A model generated the notes under the pieces. That model was not told where the DNA came from. It ran no database searches and was given only the letters and a program-made list of their open reading frames with translations. Positions 48,801 through 56,759 of a stretch of DNA of 64,000 nt are shown here, piece by piece; position 1 is the first letter of the stretch; every line of letters starts with the position of its first letter. Made by a program: the position numbers and the translations under genes. This DNA comes from a virus. The stretch covers positions 55,630 to 119,629 of IMG/VR virus record IMGVR_UViG_3300018080_006015. The stretch is one strand, 5' to 3'.

Positions 48801-49653
48801 GAACACTTTCTATGTTAAGAACATAGCGAACGCATACGACATCACATTCGACTCCTCGCATACCACGCCAACGATCAAACACGAAGACACGAACTCTGGG
48901 GCTGGAGACCCTCTGGAGGTTTGGGCACAGACAACCTCGGATTCGGAAGTGGGGGGTACGCTAGAGCTTCACGGTGGAGATGGGGGTAGCAGTGACGGTC
49001 CGGTTGAGTTCTACAACGGCTCAACACTGATAGCGTCTACGGCGAAGATTGATGAAAATGGGTACGGCTTCCTCTCTGCCCCAGGATACGCGATTGTTGT
49101 CAAGGCTACCGATTCGACTTCCGCCGCAGGTAAAAGTGCTGTTCTAGAGGGAGGTGCTGGTGATGGAGATAGTAATGCTGGCGGCAATGTACTCCTGAAG
49201 GCGGCTCAAGGCGATCCAGATGGGCATGTTAAGGCGTATGCTGGTACGGCGGAGACGTTGCTGCTTAGCCACCAGGTTTGCAAAGCCCCGCTAATTAAAA
49301 GCGAAGAGGCCACGACTGTGTGGACGCAGGTTGGCGATGACAACCCGCTTATCGAGTTCAACCCCGCAGACTATCCGCCTGGTCATAGAAAGATCACATT
49401 TCGCGCAATCATGGACAGCGACAGCTCGCTCTATACATACGCTAGGCTGTACGAGGTGGGCGTTGGGGCGGTTACGGGGTCCGAGGTGAAATCGAATTCT
49501 AGCGCGTGGACTGAGGTCAGCGTCGAAATCGAAGCGCCGGCTGACATCCCGAACTCAAGCGCGCTTTACACGATGCAGATCAAAAAAGACTCTGGCGTTA
49601 CGACGGGGCGCGTGCGCGGCGCCGAGCTTCGTGTGCGCTACGAAGTATCATAG
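45871..49653 (+). CDS. Modular fibre-like protein (1260 aa), compositionally chimeric
   Basis: GGAG RBS and TTG start; shares EWTR..LYP, IxAQ..GGDL and C-terminal modules with the cluster; codon usage becomes GC-rich after ~46.4 kb. Confidence 0.78.
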   Translation: MAQRRYLTIVTGEHELHNESSDSLRIDSIGIGTDPSANSGEFLATQGVVGNSALSGNGEILRVSGGALFDGVDLTVPAIYATAEVADANLTAVINIATTRDGATTAGHMWSAMSASPQGHASDDSTAYLGAYVASPITKNSSAALFSGFGVVNVGGDADYDYSLVSLGGDLNLAAFNTAGDTNGPSVSIEAADAVASGNGDGGSIALTPGAKDGTGADGSVLIGNPSTNAAALDFDAGSACDNGPSGGMRLRYNQGTNKGQLSLNGASFVDIATGSIPTLEWTRSSTVLYPSESTVNKWQFDTSVSGATICIDSNSSTAANLTIHAQDTSSGEGGDIIIASGAGTTGTPKIGLYVDNGITALVDFYTSSQVATQQFSNLYTGGVLIEQAQKADDGADMSIKAQTSTSGTGGDLNLYAGGATTTAGDVNVYSGNGSTDGQIVLHSASSEIWRAYRSSSNPYLKGTGVSHIESTDSLHLDVSGNYLYLNVPFYAVFGNDSSNPALTVNVDYDGATGLEFANTVTSAKIDFTDKSSGNGVDLTLAGQTTSSGEGGDVVIGAGSGTSGTPKVTLCGDEGVTQWASFYNFHLVFNTQLGGSPAAGGIGYDGSSFEMTDATGTFNPRSTGLFTQDTGFAYLTTTTDILVAGASSVGADTTGLILRGHGALALGTATGTALPGSGLVRLPQGENLGVTFRMSGYDLQGIHLNDGDDVVIGSATGSTRADYIQLWPGVGLDINIGTDDIIDISSTAITWDDAVNTPTITHGALTTGVATHLTIEAQSNSGDGGSYDAGDLLLNAGSQTSSGAAGGDGGNVVITAGDSTKQSAGSITLETPDAASGWGGKPVYIRPGSVTHTSFERGGSSKNSFTTGSAQTTYAFEHGATNGLFEFTTQGTTDYTEFKTTTLRVSTNAGTEHTRIYASGTNSVIESTGSSGEIQLFTNSTQHYTVRNDGSIKMETDSTFWPPADGNGYLGSDSVSWNTFYVKNIANAYDITFDSSHTTPTIKHEDTNSGAGDPLEVWAQTTSDSEVGGTLELHGGDGGSSDGPVEFYNGSTLIASTAKIDENGYGFLSAPGYAIVVKATDSTSAAGKSAVLEGGAGDGDSNAGGNVLLKAAQGDPDGHVKAYAGTAETLLLSHQVCKAPLIKSEEATTVWTQVGDDNPLIEFNPADYPPGHRKITFRAIMDSDSSLYTYARLYEVGVGAVTGSEVKSNSSAWTEVSVEIEAPADIPNSSALYTMQIKKDSGVTTGRVRGAELRVRYEVS

Positions 49654-49664
49654 AAAGGGAGACG

Positions 49665-50018
49665 ATGACCGAAACCCTGTACTGTTCCGAGTGCAGCGCT
49701 ACGGCAGAAGCGATAATTAAGGCCAGGATGAGTTCTGCTCCACCGGCTAGGGGTCCAGCTGTCAACGTTACGTCAGAGTTGAAAGACTTGGATTCTGCTG
49801 CTTACGCTGCTATAGAGACTTGGGGTATACCAGGTGCTCTGTTAATAGCCGTTAGCGTTTTTGCCTTCCTTCTTTACAAGAAGTACTGCGAAGTACAAGA
49901 AGCCCGCATTAATGAGCTGAAAGAACTTAATGATAAGACCACCAAGCTCATTGGCGGGTTTAAAGAGACAGTGGTGGAAATGATCCGCTCTGAGGAAATA
50001 TTAACTTTAACATGTTAA
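49665..50018 (+). CDS. Single-TM membrane protein, holin-like (uncertain)
   Basis: GGGAG RBS; hydrophobic WGIPGALLIAVSVFAFLLY followed by KK and a coiled coil; sits right after the fibre genes. Confidence 0.45.
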   Translation: MTETLYCSECSATAEAIIKARMSSAPPARGPAVNVTSELKDLDSAAYAAIETWGIPGALLIAVSVFAFLLYKKYCEVQEARINELKELNDKTTKLIGGFKETVVEMIRSEEILTLTC

Positions 50019-50025
50019 GGGCCAT

Positions 50026-50382
50026 ATGTTAAGAGGAATTTTGATTTTATTGGGAATATTTTTATTTACATCTTGTACGCTAAACATGAATATTGACGAA
50101 ATGGTTATAACAAATGAAATGTGTCAAGATCTTATTGAAAAATTCGGAGAGGATGGAGACGATGATTATGTGCCGGTTGACTATGGGTGTAGTGGTTATG
50201 CGTTAGATGAAGAAAATAACGAATGTCTAACAGAATGTTTTGAACAAGAAGATTGTGATCTTGAACATTATTGTGATTATGTAACCAGTACATGCGAATT
50301 GAAAGGAATTGGCCCCTGTGAGGGAGACGATCAGTGTCGTTCTGGATTGTGTTTATGTGATATGTGTATGAGTTTATTTTAA
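50026..50382 (+). CDS. Cys-rich acidic lipoprotein
   Basis: Signal peptide with lipobox-like LFTSC; paired Cys pattern C..EC...DC...YC...C...C..DDQC.SG.C.C..C. Confidence 0.65.
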   Translation: MLRGILILLGIFLFTSCTLNMNIDEMVITNEMCQDLIEKFGEDGDDDYVPVDYGCSGYALDEENNECLTECFEQEDCDLEHYCDYVTSTCELKGIGPCEGDDQCRSGLCLCDMCMSLF

Positions 50383-51035
50383 TATCCGCGCAATTCATAA
50401 TCACGCAAAGCCGTCCATATTACATAGCGCATATCATTTTCTGTAACTGTCATCTTTTTAGCCGAACAATATTGGTGCATAAGTGAGAATTGTTGCCATG
50501 AGTGTGGTATACCTAACAAATGCCCTATTTCATGCATAATTACGGCCTGTAATATATTTTTATTTTTCAATCTATCAGTAACAATTAGCGCAACTCTGGG
50601 AACATATGTCATATAAGCATAACCCCAAATAGTTGCCTTTTCGTATTCATCTATTTGTTGTATTTTTCCATCTGTAGATAATCCTTTTGAAATATAGAAC
50701 CTACTACAAAATTCTTCATCGGAATGTTGTTCTCTTCTATCGTATCCTTCATGTAATGCAACGGCGGATTCATCTACAATTCTAAGTCTTACCAGCCCAT
50801 TAGTTAAAAGCTCCCAAGCCTTTAAAGCTTTTTTTATAATTGTTTTTTCGTCTTTTGTAAAATGTCTATCTATATAAATTTTACGTATAATAATTGGTGG
50901 TAATGGATACTTAGATATTGTTTTATATCCGATTTTTGTTGATAAGCTTTGAAGCGCATAAGCTCCAGCACAAATTGCCAAAACATTTGAAATAACAATG
51001 ATGATCAATAATAAAAGCACTCTATAAATATACAA
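50379..51035 (-). CDS. Matrixin-like (metzincin) zinc metalloprotease with N-terminal membrane anchor
   Basis: HEIGHLLGIPH (HExxHxxGxxH) and Met-turn SLM; hydrophobic N-terminus. Confidence 0.85.
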   Translation of the reverse strand: MYIYRVLLLLIIIVISNVLAICAGAYALQSLSTKIGYKTISKYPLPPIIIRKIYIDRHFTKDEKTIIKKALKAWELLTNGLVRLRIVDESAVALHEGYDRREQHSDEEFCSRFYISKGLSTDGKIQQIDEYEKATIWGYAYMTYVPRVALIVTDRLKNKNILQAVIMHEIGHLLGIPHSWQQFSLMHQYCSAKKMTVTENDMRYVIWTALRDYELRGY

Positions 51036-51102
51036 TCATATTAACTGCATATATACATATATAGGTGAATTATAGTGATTTTTCTACTTATATGGAGTAA
51101 AA

Positions 51103-51519
51103 ATGGGTGATAAGGTATTGAAATTGGCTACACAATTTGAAGCATTAGTGGAAAAATTCGGTGCTAATAAACCGCAAGTAAGTGCGCAACCAAGTGACAT
51201 ACAAAAGGCCTTAGTAGATTCTGGGTTATGGCCTAGTGCTAATGTCGACGAACCATTTAATCCTAACAGTAACGTAGCTAAAAAAATATTCAGTATTATG
51301 GACAACATGGATCCTCCATATGAGGGAAAAATGACGGCTAAACTAAAAGTAGATCCAAAATTAAAAGTTATAATAGATGTATCTGGATCTAGAGCGGAAG
51401 AGTTACAGCCGAAATTGCAAAATGAATTCGGTAAAAAAATGATGGTTGCGCTAAAAGGAAAAGTAGCACCACCAGCCGAAACTCTTGATAATGTAGGATG
51501 GGTGGAAAATGTCGGATAA
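51103..51519 (+). CDS. Hypothetical protein
   Basis: GGAG RBS; 138-aa ORF overlapping the next gene. Confidence 0.65.
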   Translation: MGDKVLKLATQFEALVEKFGANKPQVSAQPSDIQKALVDSGLWPSANVDEPFNPNSNVAKKIFSIMDNMDPPYEGKMTAKLKVDPKLKVIIDVSGSRAEELQPKLQNEFGKKMMVALKGKVAPPAETLDNVGWVENVG

Positions 51520-52207
51520 CAAATACATAAAAGCATTTTGGGTATTTTACAATGCCTTAACATCATTCTTGCCTGATTTTAATATCAAATATAAAGGCCA
51601 ATCAACATTAATGAAAATTATAGGTTGGTTAATGTTTTTTAATAAAGATTTTATGACAAAATATACAACAACATTGGGAAAAACTGTATATTTTGCTGAT
51701 AAAAGCGTAATAGATGAAGCTACAAATTATGGCCCGGTGGTTATTTTGGGTCATGAGTATGTTCATGCCAAAGATGCTGGTTCTATTCCTAAATGTATAT
51801 GGTTTGTGCTTGCGTATCTTTTTCCTCAAATATTAGCTCCATTCATGCTTTTGTTTTGTTTGATTTATTGGTGGTTAGGGTTGGCTTTATTTATTTTATT
51901 CTTGTTGCCTTTGCCAGCGCCAGGGCGTATGCATTATGAATTACGTGGATATTTGGTGAATATGTTTTTGGCTAATGAAATTCAAAAAAGTTATGGAAGA
52001 AGCGAAGATGTTAGGCGCGAAATGTTGATAGAAAAAGCAGAATTCATAAATGAAAGTTTTTGTTCTTCCGCATATTATTTTATGTGGCCATTTGGAGTCA
52101 AGAAGCAATTACAAAAAGCAATAGATGAGATATTAGCAGAAGAGTTTGCTCAGAGAGATGAAGTTTATAGAGAAATTCTAGAGGCATACAAAAATAGTAT
52201 ATCTTAA
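51509..52207 (+). CDS. Membrane-associated HExxH (zincin-like) protein
   Basis: GHEYVHA, a hydrophobic hairpin, then ELRGY, whose Glu is a possible third ligand. Confidence 0.6.
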   Translation: MSDNKYIKAFWVFYNALTSFLPDFNIKYKGQSTLMKIIGWLMFFNKDFMTKYTTTLGKTVYFADKSVIDEATNYGPVVILGHEYVHAKDAGSIPKCIWFVLAYLFPQILAPFMLLFCLIYWWLGLALFILFLLPLPAPGRMHYELRGYLVNMFLANEIQKSYGRSEDVRREMLIEKAEFINESFCSSAYYFMWPFGVKKQLQKAIDEILAEEFAQRDEVYREILEAYKNSIS

Positions 52208-52276
52208 AACATACAATATTTGAATATCTATCCGTTATATTATGTTAATGAATAACATAACAGGTGGATATTTTCT

Positions 52277-53482
52277 ATGGTTTTTGATGTTGGTATTATA
52301 GGTTGCGGCGTTGCAGGATCTTTTGCTGCTGTTAAAATTGCCGAGAAATATAAAAAATGTTCTTGTGTGGTATTTGATATCGGTAGACCTCCACAAAAGC
52401 GCCGCCGACAACTAGAGGGGTTTCTAGGTTGTTTTCCTACTGGCAATGGAAAGCTTTATCCTAATGATATTGATTGTTTATTTGATTTGATGGATGGAAG
52501 AAAAGTTATTCCGGCATACAAATGGGTTATGAAATATTTTAAAGAAGTTAACCCAATGAAATTAAATAAAGATTCTAAACCTAAACTTTCGGCAATTAAA
52601 AGAATAAGACAAGGAGGTTTTGAATTACAGCAAAATAACTATTTTCAGTGGAAGCCAGAAAGTGTTCATAAGTTATCTAAATTATTTTCAGAAAAATATG
52701 ATAAGGCTAAAAATATAACGTTTTGTTTTGATAATGAGGTTAAATCATTTAGTAAATATAGAAAAAAATTTATTATATCCACAGAAAATGGAGAATTTAC
52801 TTGTAATAAACTTATCTTATGTGTTGGAAGAAGTGGTTGGAGGTGGGTTACAAATTTATACAAGCAATTTGGCATTGTAGCAGATGATGATTGGGCCACA
52901 TATGGTATTAGATTGGAAATGCCGGCCAACGCTTTGCGGGAATTTAATAAATCCCATTGTATTTTATATAAAGACAATTTAGAAATTGGACCATTTAATT
53001 GGGCAGGCACTATTATTCCAGAAGATCATTCTGATTTAGTCATATCAGCATTTAGATCTAATGAAGACCGTTGGAGGTCAGAAAAAGTGTCATTTTCTTT
53101 GCTAAAATCTATTTATCATCAAAATGATGGATGTGCACAGGCTGACAGAATAGGTAAATTATCGTTTTTATTATCAAATGATAGAGTAAGCAGAGAAAAG
53201 GTTTCATCTTTTCTTAACCGTCATAGTTTGTTAAGTTTATTGCCTGAATATAGTTGGTTATATGATACATTATTTGAAATAGAAAAAATAATTCCCAACA
53301 TATGTACAAAGGGTTATTATCATATTCCACATATTTCGCCTATGCCCGCTAAAATAAGATTAGGTGATAATTTAGAATCGGAAATAGAAAATATGTTTGT
53401 TGCAGGCGAAGCTGCTGGAATATATGGAATTATGGGAGCGGCTGTTTCTGGCGTGATAGCTGCAAATAGTGCTTGTGGGTGA
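52277..53482 (+). CDS. FAD/NAD(P)-dependent oxidoreductase
   Basis: N-terminal Rossmann DVGIIGCGVAG, central LILCVGRSG, C-terminal MFVAGEAAG..GIMGAAVSG. Confidence 0.8.
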   Translation: MVFDVGIIGCGVAGSFAAVKIAEKYKKCSCVVFDIGRPPQKRRRQLEGFLGCFPTGNGKLYPNDIDCLFDLMDGRKVIPAYKWVMKYFKEVNPMKLNKDSKPKLSAIKRIRQGGFELQQNNYFQWKPESVHKLSKLFSEKYDKAKNITFCFDNEVKSFSKYRKKFIISTENGEFTCNKLILCVGRSGWRWVTNLYKQFGIVADDDWATYGIRLEMPANALREFNKSHCILYKDNLEIGPFNWAGTIIPEDHSDLVISAFRSNEDRWRSEKVSFSLLKSIYHQNDGCAQADRIGKLSFLLSNDRVSREKVSSFLNRHSLLSLLPEYSWLYDTLFEIEKIIPNICTKGYYHIPHISPMPAKIRLGDNLESEIENMFVAGEAAGIYGIMGAAVSGVIAANSACG

Positions 53483-53486
53483 TATT

Positions 53487-53837
53487 ATGGGTGAAAAATA
53501 TTTTAAGGACAATCAAATAATAGCTAAAAACCAATTGGATATATTTTGTTTTCCATCTCTTAAACAAAATGATGACTTATATGATGATGATAAAGATGTA
53601 ATTCATTCTGTTTTAAATATTAAACGTGTCGAGCTTCCACATAACGGTGAAGATTGGGAAATACTAGAAAATGGAAAAGTTGTTTTTGTATTAAAGGGTG
53701 TGCGCTTAACTAAAAAAGAAAAATCCATATTACGAACCGCAGATGGTATTAATTTATTGCTGAAAGAGTATAAAGCTGGAAATACATCAGTAAACAAAAT
53801 AAAAACAAAACTTAGAAACTATTGGAAAAAAAAATAA
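53487..53837 (+). CDS. Hypothetical protein
   Basis: In-frame ATG 53487 just after the upstream stop, preceded by GGTGA. Confidence 0.65.
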   Translation: MGEKYFKDNQIIAKNQLDIFCFPSLKQNDDLYDDDKDVIHSVLNIKRVELPHNGEDWEILENGKVVFVLKGVRLTKKEKSILRTADGINLLLKEYKAGNTSVNKIKTKLRNYWKKK

Positions 53838-54025
53838 TGATTAAGTACGGTGGAATGATAAAAAGAGGAAAAATTCCTTATATTATATTTTCTAATGAAC
53901 AAGAACATTTTGTTGAGATTCCATTAGACCAATATACGGCACAACTAATTGCCGTATATTTAGAGAAAATTTCATCAAAAGAAAATAAGCCATTTGAACA
54001 TAACAATGACGAACCAGCCGAATAA
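53837..54025 (+). CDS. Small hypothetical protein
   Basis: TAATG stop/start coupling with the previous gene. Confidence 0.6.
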   Translation: MIKYGGMIKRGKIPYIIFSNEQEHFVEIPLDQYTAQLIAVYLEKISSKENKPFEHNNDEPAE

Positions 54026-54063
54026 TTCACATTAACAAAATTACTCATTAATATATTTACGCC

Positions 54064-54092
54064 TTGTCGGCGCGTCTTTTATGAGTTACATT
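54064..54092 (+). promoter_or_regulatory. Sigma70-type promoter candidate
   Basis: TTGTCG-N17-TACATT, matching the 3871 site. Confidence 0.55.
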
Positions 54093-54125
54093 AAGGGTGG
54101 TGGCCATAAGTGTAAGGAGATTAAT

Positions 54126-54779
54126 ATGAATTCAGATTATATTATTTACGTTGTAGATACAGAAACCACGGGACTGAACGCTGTAGCTAATGATGTTATT
54201 GAAATTTCTATGTGTCGGTTTTCTTTAAATGACTCTGATAATAGAGAGCAAAAAACATGGCTACTCAAGGCTTTAAACCCAGAAACAATTAGTGAAGAAG
54301 CATTAAATGTCAATAAGCACAAGCGTAATGATATTTTGCATCTTACTAAATTTGGACGAGAAAATTATAAAGAGCCCTCAGATGTATTAGTAGAAATCGA
54401 GCAATGGATGATGGAAGATGGTGTGTCTGCTATGGACCGGGTTTTCGCTGGCCAGAATCCAAATTTTGATGTTAAAGCGATGATAGAGTTATGGAGAAAA
54501 GTTGACAGCATAGATACATTTCCATTTGCGGTTGAGCGGGGAAACAGAGTAATTGATACAAAACAACTTGCTTTGATGGTTGATTTATGTACTGGACAAA
54601 GACGGAGATATTATAATTTATCCTCTCTTGTAAAATCTTTTGGTGTAAAAAAAGCAAAAGCTCATACGGCCGCCGGAGATGTTCAAATGACTACAGATTT
54701 ATTTATTAAATTTTTAGCACCATTAAAGGAGACTGTTTCAAATGAATTTAAGACATGCTATAGTAGCTCCGATGTATAA
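54126..54779 (+). CDS. DEDDh 3'-5' exonuclease (DnaQ/epsilon-like)
   Basis: VDTETTGL (ExoI), GQNPNFD (ExoII), AHTAAGDV (ExoIII); AAGGAG RBS before ATG 54126. Confidence 0.9.
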   Translation: MNSDYIIYVVDTETTGLNAVANDVIEISMCRFSLNDSDNREQKTWLLKALNPETISEEALNVNKHKRNDILHLTKFGRENYKEPSDVLVEIEQWMMEDGVSAMDRVFAGQNPNFDVKAMIELWRKVDSIDTFPFAVERGNRVIDTKQLALMVDLCTGQRRRYYNLSSLVKSFGVKKAKAHTAAGDVQMTTDLFIKFLAPLKETVSNEFKTCYSSSDV

Positions 54780-55455
54780 ATTAAAAATTCCAAAATTTTT
54801 ACAACTTCCTACCGTTGTTGAATTAGGAAAAAGTGAACATAATTTTCTCCCATCTAGGCGTTTTAACAAATTCGAAAAAGGATATTGTTGGGAAGATTAT
54901 GACAAGGAAATGAAAGAAAAATATCCAATTAGATTCTTTATAAACAAAGAATTGAGAACATGGCTGGTCGTCCATCTTAGGATGCCAATAGAAAATTCAT
55001 TATATTGGATTGAGTCTTATTTAATCCGAAAAGATCATTTAATAGACCTAAGAATGCCAGATGTTGTGGAAGATTATTATAAATGGGGATATATGGACGC
55101 TCGCGATAAAATATATTTTGCTTGTTTTAGAGTTTTAAAAGATTATATTGAAAAAGAAAAACCTACTAATTTGCGCGAACATTATTCTCCAGAGGAAATA
55201 AATAACGATCCTGGAATGAAAGCTCAACAGGATTGTTATGATGAGGCTCAAAGAATTTATCGATATTTTATGGGTGGACGAAAAGAATGGCAAGATAGAA
55301 TCGATGCTCTATTCAAAAAAGCCAAATCAGCCGAAACCGAAAAGGAGGCTGATAGATTAATGAATATTTGGTTGAAGGAAACTGCTAAATTTGAAGAAGG
55401 AGAAGATGAAATCTTTGTATCATTAATGAAAATTAGACGTGGTCTTTGGACGTAG
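54772..55455 (+). CDS. Hypothetical phage protein
   Basis: ATG overlapping the exonuclease end; helical protein ending LMKIRRGLWT. Confidence 0.65.
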   Translation: MYKLKIPKFLQLPTVVELGKSEHNFLPSRRFNKFEKGYCWEDYDKEMKEKYPIRFFINKELRTWLVVHLRMPIENSLYWIESYLIRKDHLIDLRMPDVVEDYYKWGYMDARDKIYFACFRVLKDYIEKEKPTNLREHYSPEEINNDPGMKAQQDCYDEAQRIYRYFMGGRKEWQDRIDALFKKAKSAETEKEADRLMNIWLKETAKFEEGEDEIFVSLMKIRRGLWT

Positions 55456-55485
55456 AATTAATATATAGGCATTAAAGTAAACTCT

Positions 55486-55809
55486 ATGTTTACAAAGGAT
55501 GCCCATATGACCAAAAATAACGAGAATGAGGATACTGTTTTTTTAGATGAAAAACTTATAGAAAAATTTGCCAGAAAAATAGAAAAAGCAATAAACTCTA
55601 TATTAGACACAAATGAATATGAAAGTTATTCGTTAGAATTATTGTTAGTTTTACTTTCATTTAGTTCTCAGATTTCTATAGATATTCAGATGGACGAAGA
55701 AGATTTTACACATTTTATCAAAGAAACTTATAAAAAAGTTATCGATGAAATGGGTGAAGATATAAAAAACAAAAATATTGAAGAATTAGATATTTCACAA
55801 TTAAATTAG
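55486..55809 (+). CDS. Acidic hypothetical protein
   Basis: ORF track; the start may instead be ATG 55507 after AAGGA. Confidence 0.6.
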   Translation: MFTKDAHMTKNNENEDTVFLDEKLIEKFARKIEKAINSILDTNEYESYSLELLLVLLSFSSQISIDIQMDEEDFTHFIKETYKKVIDEMGEDIKNKNIEELDISQLN

Positions 55810-55829
55810 ATTGAAGAAAGGTATTTTAT

Positions 55830-56093
55830 ATGGATATAGATAATGAAGACATTTATGATGCTATGCGTAGTTTGTTTAGATATTGTCAAATGCAGGATTT
55901 AAAAGCTCCGGATCTCTTAATAGATACCGAGAGTGAAATATTGTTAAAACGCATTGGAAAATTAAATGCTCACGAAATTTACGAGATGATGAATCTGTGG
56001 CCCAATTTTTATGCGCAGCAATTAGCTCATGATGAAATACAAAATCAACAATGTGAACAAGATCTCGAAGATATGATTGTGAATTCAAATTAG
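55830..56093 (+). CDS. Acidic hypothetical protein
   Basis: AAGG RBS; colinear ORF. Confidence 0.6.
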   Translation: MDIDNEDIYDAMRSLFRYCQMQDLKAPDLLIDTESEILLKRIGKLNAHEIYEMMNLWPNFYAQQLAHDEIQNQQCEQDLEDMIVNSN

Positions 56094-56119
56094 AGCTAAT
56101 AAAATTATATATTAGTACT

Positions 56120-56464
56120 ATGGTTGTACGCCCCGCTGCTGTTATATTTATAAATGCTGATTTGACCGATAATGTCAGAAATATGCTGGTTAAACAGCTG
56201 CACATAAATGATGTCGTTGATGGTTATGTGTTTGATCAACGTATTGCCTCCGATACCAATTATGTTAACAATATCAAGCAGTTGGACTTGCGGGTTATGG
56301 TTGTTAGATCGTCTATGCAGGAGCTACAAAACAGAGAATATGCTGATGTAGTCTGCTTTTTCAAAAACGGTTTAATAAGTATTTTAGAAAACAAATTTGG
56401 TCCTCCAGGTCAAACTTACAGGGTTGTAAATTTAGATTGGGGTGATCTATGCATTTATTATTAA
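56120..56464 (+). CDS. Hypothetical protein
   Basis: Colinear 114-aa ORF; contains one DGY. Confidence 0.6.
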   Translation: MVVRPAAVIFINADLTDNVRNMLVKQLHINDVVDGYVFDQRIASDTNYVNNIKQLDLRVMVVRSSMQELQNREYADVVCFFKNGLISILENKFGPPGQTYRVVNLDWGDLCIYY

Positions 56465-56476
56465 AGGAGAAATATT

Positions 56477-56674
56477 ATGCCTAATAGAGATAAAACTGGA
56501 CCTAAAGGAGATGGTCCTAAAACTGGACGTGGACTTGGTCCTTGCAAAAAAGATAAAACTAATCAAGGTGGTGGCCTAGGTAAAGGTCGCGGATTTGGTG
56601 GTCGTGGTTTTGGTGGTGGTCAGGGCAGACAAAACAGAAATAGACGAGGCAGAAGAGGGAGGGGTCGGAGATAA
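56477..56674 (+). CDS. DUF5320-like Gly/Arg-rich small protein
   Basis: MPNRDKTGPKGDGPKTGRGLGPC matches the MPxxDxTGPxGxGPxTGRGxGxC signature; RG/RGG-rich tail; AAGGAG RBS. Confidence 0.8.
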   Translation: MPNRDKTGPKGDGPKTGRGLGPCKKDKTNQGGGLGKGRGFGGRGFGGGQGRQNRNRRGRRGRGRR

Positions 56675-56695
56675 TTAATGATTAATTAATGTTTT

Positions 56696-56728
56696 AAAGC
56701 CTCAATCCATTTTGGGGCTTTTTTGTTT
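56696..56728 (+). terminator. Rho-independent terminator
   Basis: AAAGCCTCAA-loop-TTGGGGCTTT stem with one G:U pair, followed by a T tract. Confidence 0.75.
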
Positions 56729-56759
56729 GTTAATTTTATAAATAATTTCGCATTTTAAT

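Noticed and set aside
46005-48882. Several 70-200 aa ORFs on other frames and the minus strand
   Set aside because: These are shadow ORFs, expected from stop-codon scarcity in the GC-rich segment and fully nested in the 1260-aa gene.
4488-49653. Diversity-generating retroelement acting on the fibre tips
   Set aside because: There is no reverse transcriptase in the window, and the repeats found are in-frame coding copies with mainly synonymous rather than adenine-specific differences.
51084-51566. 160-aa minus-strand ORF and similar antisense ORFs (31906, 60460, 61686)
   Set aside because: They are antisense to better-supported genes that have an RBS or recognisable motifs.
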